Shown here one piece after another: positions 46,429 to 55,295 of a stretch of 64,000 nucleotides of DNA. Under the pieces are notes generated by a model. That model made no database searches, had not been told where the DNA came from, and was given only the letters and a program-made list of their open reading frames with translations. The DNA is from Spirochaetales bacterium Spiro_07. Its GTDB lineage: Bacteria; Spirochaetota; Spirochaetia; Treponematales; Treponemataceae. How positions within the stretch are numbered: position 1 is the stretch's first letter; every line of letters begins with the position of its first letter. The stretch spans positions 23,558 through 87,557 of the forward strand of contig LVBI01000014.1 in the NCBI GenBank assembly GCA_001603145.1. Direction: 5' to 3'. Made by a program: the position numbers and the translations under genes.

Positions 46429-47175
46429 CTAATCTTCTTCTTTTATTTCGTTCAAGCGTGAAATGTGTCTGTTGCTGTAGCCAAGCCAAATCATCACAAC
46501 GGCTGTCGTGAAAATAATCGAAGCAACAGCTTCAAGAATGCCGTTTGTTGAAGTAACAAGAATTGCAACTTCTTTGGTGAGCATTCCTTTTGAGAAAATG
46601 ACGAGCGAGCCAAGAACAAACACTGTATTGGCCATTGAGCCGAAGAAGGCAGAAACAGCAATTACAGAGCGTTTGTCATCAGTTGCAAAGAAAATCGACA
46701 GCAGACATGCTACAAAAGCCGAAATTGAAGCTGCGATTGTTTTTGGCAATGCTTCAATTGGAGATAAAATTGTGTAAAGCAAGGCAGCAACAAGCGCGCC
46801 AAGCAATGCCGAAACGATGTAGCCAGCAATTTTCGGCATTTCCTTAATTTTGCTCAAGCCTGAATAAACAAGCCATGTTACAACCGCAATCAAAAGGCGC
46901 GGAACAATTGAAACAAGCGGATTAACGAAGAACGGATCCAATGCTCCGGCTGGAGAAATAGCTGCACGTATCAAGCTATAAAGACCAAAAACGAATGCCG
47001 TCACAAGACCAACAACAGGGCCTTCGATAATTGTGCCGACAATTACAGGCACATGCAGAAGAGTTACAGAAACTGTCGGTGAGCATGGAATCATTCCCAA
47101 ATTTGTCAAACCGAGCAGAATAATGAGGGCGCTCAAAACACCCGCCGTAGAAATTTTTCTAAGTTTTGTATTCAT
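46429..47175 (-). CDS. ECF-transporter S-component-like membrane protein
   Basis: About 6 TM. The N-terminus KISTAGVLSALIILLGLTNLGMIP...TLLHVPVIVG is typical of ECF substrate-capture subunits. Confidence 0.5.
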   Translation of the reverse strand: MNTKLRKISTAGVLSALIILLGLTNLGMIPCSPTVSVTLLHVPVIVGTIIEGPVVGLVTAFVFGLYSLIRAAISPAGALDPFFVNPLVSIVPRLLIAVVTWLVYSGLSKIKEMPKIAGYIVSALLGALVAALLYTILSPIEALPKTIAASISAFVACLLSIFFATDDKRSVIAVSAFFGSMANTVFVLGSLVIFSKGMLTKEVAILVTSTNGILEAVASIIFTTAVVMIWLGYSNRHISRLNEIKEED

Positions 47176-47269
47176 GGGCTTAATATGACATTTTTTGAAA
47201 AAATGTTCAAGACTTTTTCTTGGTTTTATATAAAATTATATGCTCAAAGCTCGTAAACTTATTATGTGA

Positions 47270-48118
47270 CTATTTCTTTTCGTCATTAGTATATTGATAA
47301 AATTTCAATCCTATACTTTCAACGGATTTTTTTAATTCTTCTGGATCTTCATGTTTTTCATTAGCAGAAAATTCTTTCACATATCCGCCGAAAATCCATA
47401 CATAGAAAATATCTCCTTCGTTTCTATCTAATGGATCATGTTCTTGCTGCTGAATATAATACCATGGAGCTGTAATGCCATCTATCGTTTCTGTTTCAAC
47501 TGTTTTTGCAATTGCAGGAATAACCATTCCTTTGAATACAACTTTTCGAGATTGTTCGACCCAACCGTTGCATCTGAAATCACAGCCTTTTATTTCTACA
47601 GCTTTTCCTTTTAAAGAATTGGTATCTCGCATTTTTAGATTTTCTGTAATGTATATTTCATTTCTAACTTTATAAGCCTTTATTCCATTTATTTCTATAA
47701 TCATGTCTGATGGAATTTCTTTTGTAGACCAGAAATAAGATTCGTCTTCAAGATTATACAGACAGCCAATAAATGTGCCATTGTTTGAATCAGGCAAATA
47801 GCGATATTTTGAATCAAGATTCAAGTTTCCGTTGTTATCTGTGCAGATTATCTTATTAGCCCATTCAGTTCCTTTTACATTTGAAAAAGAAATAACACCT
47901 TTATTAATTGAATATTGTCCTTCAAAGTTGTAGCCATCGCCACCTTTAGTTCTAAAATTTGAAACAAAAGTATTGTCGGCTTTGCATTTCAAGTAATCTC
48001 CAAATTCATTTTGAGTGACTAATACATCTTTTATTTGCGCATCCGTTAATTCATTAGTTTGCGAAAAAGCTTTTGAGATAAATAATAAAACAAATAAAAA
48101 TACAGCAAATCTTTTCAT
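47270..48118 (-). CDS. Hypothetical exported protein (AT-rich islet)
   Basis: Signal peptide MKRFAVFLFVLLFISKAFSQ. No motif recognised. Confidence 0.55.
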   Translation of the reverse strand: MKRFAVFLFVLLFISKAFSQTNELTDAQIKDVLVTQNEFGDYLKCKADNTFVSNFRTKGGDGYNFEGQYSINKGVISFSNVKGTEWANKIICTDNNGNLNLDSKYRYLPDSNNGTFIGCLYNLEDESYFWSTKEIPSDMIIEINGIKAYKVRNEIYITENLKMRDTNSLKGKAVEIKGCDFRCNGWVEQSRKVVFKGMVIPAIAKTVETETIDGITAPWYYIQQQEHDPLDRNEGDIFYVWIFGGYVKEFSANEKHEDPEELKKSVESIGLKFYQYTNDEKK

Positions 48119-48119
48119 T

Positions 48120-48220
48120 TTTCTTTCCTAAAACAGTACCCCAGTGCGGGCGTCCGTGTAACAACTAGCTGCGCCGCAGCGGGCTTAACTTGAAGCTCCG
48201 CTACGGTCATGCATCGGGGT
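48120..48220. repeat. Junction repeat copy A (core 48161-48216)
   Basis: The 60-nt core ACAACTAGCT...GGGCTTAACTTGAAGCTCCGCT...GGTCAT matches 49561-49620 with about 9-10 mismatches, at an offset of 1400 nt. Contains the hairpin CCGCAGCGG-GCTT aacttg AAGC-t-CCGCTACGG. Confidence 0.75.
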
Positions 48221-48526
48221 TCGCTCATTTATAAAATCAGTGTGAAGAATAACTTCTTTTCCTAGTTTTTTTGCATAAGCTATTTCTTTTTTCACTTGCT
48301 CACCGATATATCCGTTAAGATTTACAACGTAGATGGCATCTGAAATTTGAATTTTACTAAGATGCGCTTCGTTCAGGTGTTTTATATCATCGTCGCTTAA
48401 TTCGATATTCTCTTCGTTGTAGACACACTGCAAGACATTCATGTTGTGAGATTTTTCCAAAATAAATGCGATTTTTTTCATTTCATCCGCAAATCGCATA
48501 CTTCCACAGATTGTAACTACTCTCAA
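48185..48526 (-). CDS. Small cytoplasmic protein, nucleoside 2-deoxyribosyltransferase-like fold (tentative)
   Basis: 113 aa. ICGSMRF...SDAIYVVNLNGYIGEQVKKEIAYAKKLGKEV resembles the Rossmann-like deoxyribosyltransferase superfamily. The last 8 codons (HDRSGASS-stop) lie inside junction repeat A. Confidence 0.4.
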   Translation of the reverse strand: MRVVTICGSMRFADEMKKIAFILEKSHNMNVLQCVYNEENIELSDDDIKHLNEAHLSKIQISDAIYVVNLNGYIGEQVKKEIAYAKKLGKEVILHTDFINERTPMHDRSGASS

Positions 48527-48587
48527 AAAGGTGTTGCTCCTTTAGGTCAATTGAAGCTTTGCTATGTGGTTTTCCATATAACTTCGT

Positions 48588-49520
48588 CTACCAGTTTTTT
48601 GGTGGGTCAAAATCCTTAAGGTGTCTAGTCCATTCATAACTAAATTCATTAAGATAATTTGACCAAATCCAGCCAATATATTCTGTCTCTGTTTCAACCA
48701 AAACCCAAAATCCGTTTTTTCCTTCCATTTGAGTTATTGCAGGGTCAATGCTCAAGACTCTTACTTCAGTTCCTTTTTTAAGAAGTTCTATTACATTTGC
48801 GTCTTTAGAATTTGATGTTCGCAAACGAAGGTTATCATCAGTTATGTAAGTCTGATAATAAACTTCGCTCATAGATGTTGCACCATCTATGCCTAATAAC
48901 CATATACGATGATGACTGTTTTGGTCAAAAATTTTATCTTCGTCGTCAGAATAAACATATGTCTGGTCGTGCATATTCCTTCTAAGAATCTTTCTTCCCT
49001 GAAGATAATAATATTTAGTCGGGATAGACATTAATGCATTATACTTTTCTGCATCGCTGAAAGATTGCCAGACACAGTCTATGCTGTTCATTACAAAATC
49101 TGAGCCATCAAAAGATATAATAACTGTATCAATACCAATACCTGAATTAAACTTCAGATATATAATTGGAGGTTCGCAACTTATAATGGAATAATCCATA
49201 ATTCCTGAACTATAATTATTAAATGATTTATAATAGTAAACTTTTTCTTTATACAGAATAACAAAAACAAATTTATAATTTTTCTCTGGTTTTATTGAAT
49301 CTTGAGAAATGTTTACATCATTCAGATAATAAAAAGAAAAATCATTTGTTCCAGAAAGATATGTACCGTTTTTAACAATGTACTCTTTTACAGCGTTATT
49401 TGCTTTTTCAAACTTCTTATTATCAAAAGTATTAGGGACCCAATCTTCTGAATAGATGTTTTCCAAAAAGCAAATTGAAATTATAAAAAGTAAAAAAAGT
49501 TTTCTGATTATTCTTTTCAT
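48588..49520 (-). CDS. Hypothetical exported protein with C-terminal SH3b-like domain (AT-rich islet)
   Basis: Signal-like N-terminus LFLLFIISICFLENIYS. The C-terminus LRLRTSNSKDANVIELLKKGTEVRVL...GFWVLVETETEYIGWIWSNYL is SH3_3-like. Confidence 0.55.
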   Translation of the reverse strand: MKRIIRKLFLLFIISICFLENIYSEDWVPNTFDNKKFEKANNAVKEYIVKNGTYLSGTNDFSFYYLNDVNISQDSIKPEKNYKFVFVILYKEKVYYYKSFNNYSSGIMDYSIISCEPPIIYLKFNSGIGIDTVIISFDGSDFVMNSIDCVWQSFSDAEKYNALMSIPTKYYYLQGRKILRRNMHDQTYVYSDDEDKIFDQNSHHRIWLLGIDGATSMSEVYYQTYITDDNLRLRTSNSKDANVIELLKKGTEVRVLSIDPAITQMEGKNGFWVLVETETEYIGWIWSNYLNEFSYEWTRHLKDFDPPKNW

Positions 49521-49620
49521 TTTTTTCTCCTATGCGCCTCAAGTAGTGGGTGTCAGCAGAACAACTAGCTATACCACAGCGGGCTTAACTTGAAGCTCCG
49601 CTGCGGTCATACGTCGGTTT
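49521..49620. repeat. Junction repeat copy B (core 49561-49616)
   Basis: See copy A. Starts directly after the M48 peptidase stop codon. Confidence 0.75.
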
Positions 49621-49623
49621 TGG

Positions 49624-50421
49624 TTATTTCTTTTTAGCTGAAGTTGCTTTTTTGTACTCTTCAGTATTGCGCTGATAAAGTTCCTTTAATTTGGCTATGC
49701 GGTTGTCATCGAGCGGGTGCGTTGAAAGCCATTCCGGCATAGAGCTGCCGCCGCCGCTGAGCGATTTAAGCTTTTGAAGCATAGAAAGGCCGCCGTCCGG
49801 GTTATACCCTGCGCGTGCAGCGTATAAGCTTCCGAGATTGTCTGCTTCATATTCGTTCTGCCGCGAATAAGGCAAAACGATGCCGTACTCTGAACCAAGA
49901 CCATAAGCTACAGAAAAAAGCGCAGCACTTGTATCTGATTTCATTGAGCTTTGAACGACAGACCCTACAAGCGAAATAACTGTCTGCTGGCTCATGCGCT
50001 GTGCGCCGTGCCTTGCTGTTACGTGGCCAAGCTCGTGGCCCACAACATAAGCAAGCTCTTCGTCAGAAGCAATTGCCATAAGACCAGAATAAACTGCAAT
50101 CTTTCCGCCCGGAACGGCAAAAGCATTTACCTGCTCGTCTTCAATAACGTGATACTCCCACTGCGTTCCTTCGGGCGCATCTTTGCCCACAGCCTGAATA
50201 AGCCGCTTTGCAACTTCATCAAGACGCTTATTGTAGGTGACATTCGTAGAAAGCTTGCTTTCTTTCAGAATTTCATTATAAGACTCTGTGCCGAGCTGCT
50301 GCTCTTCTTCGAGAGACATCAAAATAAGCGCATTCTTGCCGGTGCTTTCAACCTTGCTATAAGCACAGCAAAAAAATGGTACTGCAATCAACAAAGCAAT
50401 AATTACAGCTAATCTTTTCAT
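49624..50421 (-). CDS. M48 family zinc metallopeptidase (lipoprotein-like)
   Basis: Start set at MKRLAVIIALLIAVPFFCCAYS with a GGAGGAC SD. HELGHV zinc motif, and a downstream NEYEAD region containing the likely third zinc ligand (E). Confidence 0.85.
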   Translation of the reverse strand: MKRLAVIIALLIAVPFFCCAYSKVESTGKNALILMSLEEEQQLGTESYNEILKESKLSTNVTYNKRLDEVAKRLIQAVGKDAPEGTQWEYHVIEDEQVNAFAVPGGKIAVYSGLMAIASDEELAYVVGHELGHVTARHGAQRMSQQTVISLVGSVVQSSMKSDTSAALFSVAYGLGSEYGIVLPYSRQNEYEADNLGSLYAARAGYNPDGGLSMLQKLKSLSGGGSSMPEWLSTHPLDDNRIAKLKELYQRNTEEYKKATSAKKK

Positions 50422-50554
50422 GGGAAAGTCCTCCATGTCTTTTCTACTGAAACGGCAACAGCCGATTTTTAGAAACTTCGACTATACCGTTGATTTAGTT
50501 ATTTTATGAAAAATGATATATGAATGCAGAAAGTTACAAAAGGCGAGATTTTTG

Positions 50555-51043
50555 TTAATAGCCGAATTTGCCTTCGAGAGATTCGTCGTTTTTTACCCAG
50601 TCTGAAACAGGAATAACGTTGAAATGATCTTTGTCTTTTCTGATATAGACAGTTTCTATGCCGGCGTTGATTACTGTGCGCTTGCACATTGAGCAGCTTG
50701 AAGCGTTCTTTACATATGAATTATCTGAAACTTCAAGCCCAACCAGATAAAGCGAAGCACCAATCATTTGGTCGCGGCTTGCGCTTATTATGGCGTTTAC
50801 TTCGGCATGAACTGAACGGCAAAGTTCGTATCTTTCTCCGCGCGGAATCTGCATTTTCTGCCTTATACATTCGCCGATGTCAGAGCAGTTTTTTCTGCCA
50901 CGTGGCGCGCCTACATAGCCGGTTGAGATAACTTCGTCGTTTTTGACGATTACAGCACCGTAGCGGCGGCGCAAGCATGTGCTGCGCTGAGAAACCATTT
51001 CAGCCAAATCAAGATAATAATTGTGCTTATCGCGTCTTTCCAT
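50555..51043 (-). CDS. Deoxycytidylate (dCMP) deaminase
   Basis: Start set at MERRDKHNYYLDLA with a GGAGGAATC SD. Motifs HAEVNAI and PCSMCKRTVINAGI. Confidence 0.85.
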   Translation of the reverse strand: MERRDKHNYYLDLAEMVSQRSTCLRRRYGAVIVKNDEVISTGYVGAPRGRKNCSDIGECIRQKMQIPRGERYELCRSVHAEVNAIISASRDQMIGASLYLVGLEVSDNSYVKNASSCSMCKRTVINAGIETVYIRKDKDHFNVIPVSDWVKNDESLEGKFGY

Positions 51044-51059
51044 AAGATTCCTCCGCTGC

Positions 51060-51389
51060 TCAGACAATGCTTTTGCCGACAAAGCAAAATGTCGGCACTT
51101 CACCAGCTTCGTCGATGCAGCCGTCAACGCCGTCGTTAAAGAAAGAGAAGCCGCCAAGAATTATTGTTGAGTCTGTAAAATTTGATTTAGGCTTGCGCAA
51201 GATAAGCAGCTCAGCAGAAGAAAGGGCCGTGTCCCATTTCCGTTTGTCGAAAGAGCTGCGTATTTCGTCATCTGAAATTTGGAATTCATTTCCTACTTCT
51301 ATGCTGACGTAGGCAACGGGAGGTAGTTCCTCTGTTGTAAAAGGAAGCATCTGCTTGTAGATTCTTTCAGAAATTTCTTCTGCGTTCAT
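51060..51389 (-). CDS. Hypothetical cytoplasmic protein
   Basis: 109-aa ORF (from MNAEEISERIYK) ending 16 nt upstream of the dCMP deaminase start. No motif recognised. Confidence 0.45.
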   Translation of the reverse strand: MNAEEISERIYKQMLPFTTEELPPVAYVSIEVGNEFQISDDEIRSSFDKRKWDTALSSAELLILRKPKSNFTDSTIILGGFSFFNDGVDGCIDEAGEVPTFCFVGKSIV

Positions 51390-51451
51390 ACAATACAGTT
51401 TAGTAGCATAACCGCTAAAAATCAAGTTTCAGTTAAGTGTAACGAGCTTCT

Positions 51452-51463
51452 CAACTTAAGTTG
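51452..51463. promoter_or_regulatory. Perfect 12-bp palindrome CAACTTAAGTTG (candidate operator)
   Basis: Lies about 63 nt upstream of the 51389 start. A related half-site CAGTTAAGTG is at 51430-51439. Confidence 0.3.
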
Positions 51464-51583
51464 ATATTAGCGGTTAAAAGCGCCAACAACTTGCAATGCA
51501 TAAGCAAAGCAAGTCATTGACCTCATTATAATTTTCGGTAAAAATGCCGGAAAATCTGATTCTCTTTTCAGCTTTTTTACAAG

Positions 51584-52816
51584 TTATATTCTATCAAAAG
51601 ATGCTATATCAGCTTCGTAGTCAACACCGGCAATGTCAAAACCGCTTGTAGCAAGGAAGTCGTGCCTGTAGCCTGCAAGGTCTGTAAGCTGCGCGCTGTT
51701 CTCGCTTGTTACAGTCGGCATAATGCGGCTTACTTCAGCTTGAACTTCTGGGTTCATCTCAAGGTCGTCAATTCTGATGCGGTTTTCTTCATCAACAGGA
51801 ACAGGCGTCTTTGAACGGTCTTCGCTGATGTAAAGGCGTTCTGCAAAAAGGCGGTTAATCTGCTCGATACAACCTTCGTGCGTTCCGCGAGCCTTCATCA
51901 CCTTGAAAAGCACAGAAAGATAAAGCGGAATAATTGGAATTACCGCGCTTGCGCGTGTAACAAGGCCTTTGTTTACAGAAACATAAGCGTGGCCGCCGAA
52001 TGAAGCCATTTTTGCGTCAAGCTCATGCGCAGTCTTTTCAAGATGTTCCTTTGCCTTGCCGATTGTGCCGCTTCTATAAATTGCGTGCGAAACTTCCGGC
52101 CCGATGTATGAATAAGCAATAGTCATACAGCCGTTTGCAAGAAGATTTTCCTTTGAGAGCTTGTCAATCCAAAGCGCCCAGTCTTCGCCACCCATAACTT
52201 TTTGCGTATTCACAATTTCTTCGTCTGTTGCAGGTTCAGCTGAAATTTCTTTGAGTTCGCCTGTAAAAGGGTCAATCGTCATGCCTGAGAAAACCTTGCC
52301 CGTCGGCTTGAGCACAGACTTGTACATAACGCCTGTATCCGGGTCTACGCGCACAGGGCTTGCAAGGCTGTAAACCACAAGGTCAAACTTGATATTCTGA
52401 GCTTTAGCTTCGTCAACAACCTGCTGCTTTATAGCATGAGAAAATGCATCGCCGTCAATTGTAACAGACTTGATATTCTCTTTTTTGGCAGCCGCATCAA
52501 AAGCAAGGTTGTTGTACCAGCCCGGTGTTCCCCATTTTGTTGCGCTTCCTGCTTTTTCAAAAGAAACGCCGATTGTAGATGCGCCGTAGCCAAAAGCGGC
52601 TGTAATGCGGCTTGCAAGGCCGTAGCCGTTTGAACAGCCGAGCACAAGCACATTTTTCGGGGCAGCCTTGCTGTCTTTTGATACGCTCTTTCCGGCTTTT
52701 GCTCTTTCAGCAGCCTGAGCCTTTACAAATGCAATCTGATCTTCAACAGCCTTTTTGCAGCCTGCCGGATGTGCATTCAAGCAAATATTGCTTCTAACCA
52801 TTGGTTTGATAATCAT
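51584..52816 (-). CDS. fabV: Trans-2-enoyl-CoA/ACP reductase (FabV/TER family)
   Basis: About 400 aa. MIIKPMVRSNICLNAHPAGC, GCSNGYGLASRI, YSLASP and Y...GTIGKAKEHLE are typical of FabV/TER. Confidence 0.9.
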   Translation of the reverse strand: MIIKPMVRSNICLNAHPAGCKKAVEDQIAFVKAQAAERAKAGKSVSKDSKAAPKNVLVLGCSNGYGLASRITAAFGYGASTIGVSFEKAGSATKWGTPGWYNNLAFDAAAKKENIKSVTIDGDAFSHAIKQQVVDEAKAQNIKFDLVVYSLASPVRVDPDTGVMYKSVLKPTGKVFSGMTIDPFTGELKEISAEPATDEEIVNTQKVMGGEDWALWIDKLSKENLLANGCMTIAYSYIGPEVSHAIYRSGTIGKAKEHLEKTAHELDAKMASFGGHAYVSVNKGLVTRASAVIPIIPLYLSVLFKVMKARGTHEGCIEQINRLFAERLYISEDRSKTPVPVDEENRIRIDDLEMNPEVQAEVSRIMPTVTSENSAQLTDLAGYRHDFLATSGFDIAGVDYEADIASFDRI

Positions 52817-52831
52817 TTTGTTCTCCTGTGC

Positions 52832-53272
52832 TTATTTATCAGCGTTGCCCACAAGGCACATCCATGTGGCTTCTGCAGCAACTTCGTCGCCTACATAAGT
52901 CACGCCCTGCTGCTTAATCATGTGTGGTGAAACGCGCAAGTTCTGCACTTCAAGGCGAACTGTGTCGCCAGGACGCACCTGATGGCGGAACCTTACTTTA
53001 TCAACTGTAGCGAGAAAGAAAAGCGAACCGTCTTCAAATATATGCTGTGCGCTCATACCTGCACCGCCAGCCTGAGCCATTGTTTCAACTAAAATAACGC
53101 CTGGAACAACTGGATATTCCGGAAAGTGGCCTTTAAAGAAAAACTCTTTATCGGTAAAAGTACGCTCTGCAACAACTTTGTCTTTATCAGCACTTATAAT
53201 GCGGTCAACAAATTTGAACGGGTCTCTATGCGGAAGCAAAGATTCAATATCATCTGTCAAAAAATCGCTCAT
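52832..53272 (-). CDS. fabZ: 3-hydroxyacyl-ACP dehydratase
   Basis: Motifs LPHRDPFKFVD and GHFPEYPVVPGVILVE. Confidence 0.9.
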   Translation of the reverse strand: MSDFLTDDIESLLPHRDPFKFVDRIISADKDKVVAERTFTDKEFFFKGHFPEYPVVPGVILVETMAQAGGAGMSAQHIFEDGSLFFLATVDKVRFRHQVRPGDTVRLEVQNLRVSPHMIKQQGVTYVGDEVAAEATWMCLVGNADK

Positions 53273-53281
53273 ATCTGTTCC

Positions 53282-54538
53282 TTAAGCCTTATATTTCTTG
53301 AAAATAACTACGCCGTTATGGCCGCCAAAACCGAGCGAGCCAGAAGCTGCGCAGTTAATCTCGCCTTTTACGCCAACATTCGGAACATAATCTAAATCGC
53401 AGCCATGCTCCAAATCAGGCTCATCAAGGTTGATTGTAGGCGGGAAGAAGCCGTCCTGAATTGCCTTAACACAAACAGCAGCTTCAATTGCGCCGGCTGC
53501 ACCAAGACAGTGGCCAGTCATACTCTTTGTAGAAGAAATCTTCATTTTATAAGCATGTTCGCCGAAAGCCTTTTTAATCATTTCTGTTTCAGAAGGGTCG
53601 TTAATCGGTGTTGAAGTTCCGTGTGCGTTGTAATAATCAACCGCCTCTGGCTTCAAGTTTGCGTCTTTGAGAGCCTTTACGATTGCAGCTGCACCGCCTG
53701 AACCGTCTGGATTCGGGCTTGTAATATGATAAGCATCGCTTGAAGCGCCGTAACCGGCAAATTCTGCGTAAATCTTTGCGCCGCGTGCCTTTGCGTGTTC
53801 TTCTTCTTCAAGAATAAGTACTGCTGAGCCTTCGCCCATTACAAAGCCTTCGCGGTTTTTGTCAAACGGACGGCTTGCCTTTTCCGGATTGTCGTTATAA
53901 GAAGAAGCCAAAGTCTGAAGCACGCTGAAAGCTGAAATGCCGTAGCCTGTTACTGTAGCTTCTGCACCGCCGGCAAGGCAAACATCAATCCTGCCAGAAC
54001 GAATCTGGTCAAGAGCCGTTCCAAGAGCATCTGTACCTGAAGCACAAGCTGTTGCAAGAGACATTGACGGGCCTCTGATGTTGAAAAGCATACTTACATT
54101 GCCCGGCGCTTCATTCGGAATGAGCATCGGAATTGAAAGCGGCGGAACACGGTTCGGAGCAACCTGGAAGTATTTTCCCATAGAAGATTCAAGAACTTCA
54201 AAACCGCCGATACCTACACCGAGAATAACGCCTGTGCGGTCGCCAAGCTCGCCGTCCATATCTGCTTTTGAAAGGCCAGCATCCTGCAAAGCCATTGCAG
54301 AAGCGGCGGCGGCAAACTTTGTAAAGCGCGCCATCTTTCTTGATTCCTTGCGGTCAACCCACTGTGTTACGTCAAAATCTTTAACTTCACCGGCAATTTG
54401 AACGCTATAGCCGGTTGCATCAAAACCTGTAATCTTTGCGATGCCGCTTTTGCCTGCGCACAAAGAAGCCCAAGTTTCGTCGATTGAATTGCCAACAGGT
54501 GTAACTGCACCCAAACCAGTAACTACAACTTTTCTCAT
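53282..54538 (-). CDS. fabF: Beta-ketoacyl-ACP synthase II
   Basis: Start set at MRKVVVTGLGAV. Motifs ATACASG, NAHGTSTP and GHCLGAAG. Confidence 0.9.
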   Translation of the reverse strand: MRKVVVTGLGAVTPVGNSIDETWASLCAGKSGIAKITGFDATGYSVQIAGEVKDFDVTQWVDRKESRKMARFTKFAAAASAMALQDAGLSKADMDGELGDRTGVILGVGIGGFEVLESSMGKYFQVAPNRVPPLSIPMLIPNEAPGNVSMLFNIRGPSMSLATACASGTDALGTALDQIRSGRIDVCLAGGAEATVTGYGISAFSVLQTLASSYNDNPEKASRPFDKNREGFVMGEGSAVLILEEEEHAKARGAKIYAEFAGYGASSDAYHITSPNPDGSGGAAAIVKALKDANLKPEAVDYYNAHGTSTPINDPSETEMIKKAFGEHAYKMKISSTKSMTGHCLGAAGAIEAAVCVKAIQDGFFPPTINLDEPDLEHGCDLDYVPNVGVKGEINCAASGSLGFGGHNGVVIFKKYKA

Positions 54539-54539
54539 G

Positions 54540-55286
54540 TTAAGCCCCCATTCCGCCATCTACGCCCAAAACTTGCGCAGTAATATATGTTGATAAATCT
54601 GAACCTAAGAAAACAGCCGCATTTGCAACGTCCAAAGGTTTTCCGCTTCTCTTTAATGGAATTGTATCAAGCCAGCCTTTGCGTGCTTCTTCTGAAATTG
54701 CGTCTGTCATGTCTGTTTCAATAAAGCCCGGCGCAATTGCGTTTACTCTTACGCCACGGCCGCCAACTTCTTTTGCAAGGCTTTTTGTATAGCCGATAAG
54801 ACCGGCCTTGCTTGCGGCATAATTCACCTGGCCGCCCTGACCGTGAAGTCCGACGATGCTAGACATATTGATGATTGAACCGGCACGCTTGCGTATCATG
54901 TCGCCGGAAATAATCTGACAAGTGATGAACACAGCTGTAAGGTTTACGGCTATAACGTCATCCCAGTCCTGCTTTTTCATGCGGAACGAAAGACCGTCGC
55001 GTGTAATGCCTGCATTGTTTACAAGAATATCGAAAGAACCGGCTTCTGCAAGCGCGGCCTTTACTGTTGCCGTAAGAGCATCTGCATCTGCACAGTTTGC
55101 ATAAATCTCGTGAAAGGCTGAGCCCTTCTCTGCTGCAAATGCTTCAAGCTCTGCCTTTGCCTGCGAAGGTTTTGTGCACAAGCCCCAGACTTCACATCCT
55201 TCTTCCAAATAGCGGCGGGCAATTTCTTTGCCCAAACCGCGGGAAGAACCTGTAATTAAAGCTTTTTTGTTCTGTAAAAGGCCCAT
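54540..55286 (-). CDS. fabG: 3-oxoacyl-ACP reductase
   Basis: Motifs ITGSSRGLGKEIA, NNAGI and YAASKAG. Its stop is 1 nt from the fabF start. Confidence 0.9.
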   Translation of the reverse strand: MGLLQNKKALITGSSRGLGKEIARRYLEEGCEVWGLCTKPSQAKAELEAFAAEKGSAFHEIYANCADADALTATVKAALAEAGSFDILVNNAGITRDGLSFRMKKQDWDDVIAVNLTAVFITCQIISGDMIRKRAGSIINMSSIVGLHGQGGQVNYAASKAGLIGYTKSLAKEVGGRGVRVNAIAPGFIETDMTDAISEEARKGWLDTIPLKRSGKPLDVANAAVFLGSDLSTYITAQVLGVDGGMGA

Positions 55287-55295
55287 AACCCTCTC

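Noticed and set aside
47200-49620. Chromosomal integron cassette array (Treponema integrons are known)
   Set aside because: The window contains no intI, no attI and no Pc. The junction repeats do not show RYYYAAC/GTTRRRY cores at their outer ends; the only GTTAAGC sits in the hairpin loop. I keep it as an open question under the findings, not as a call.
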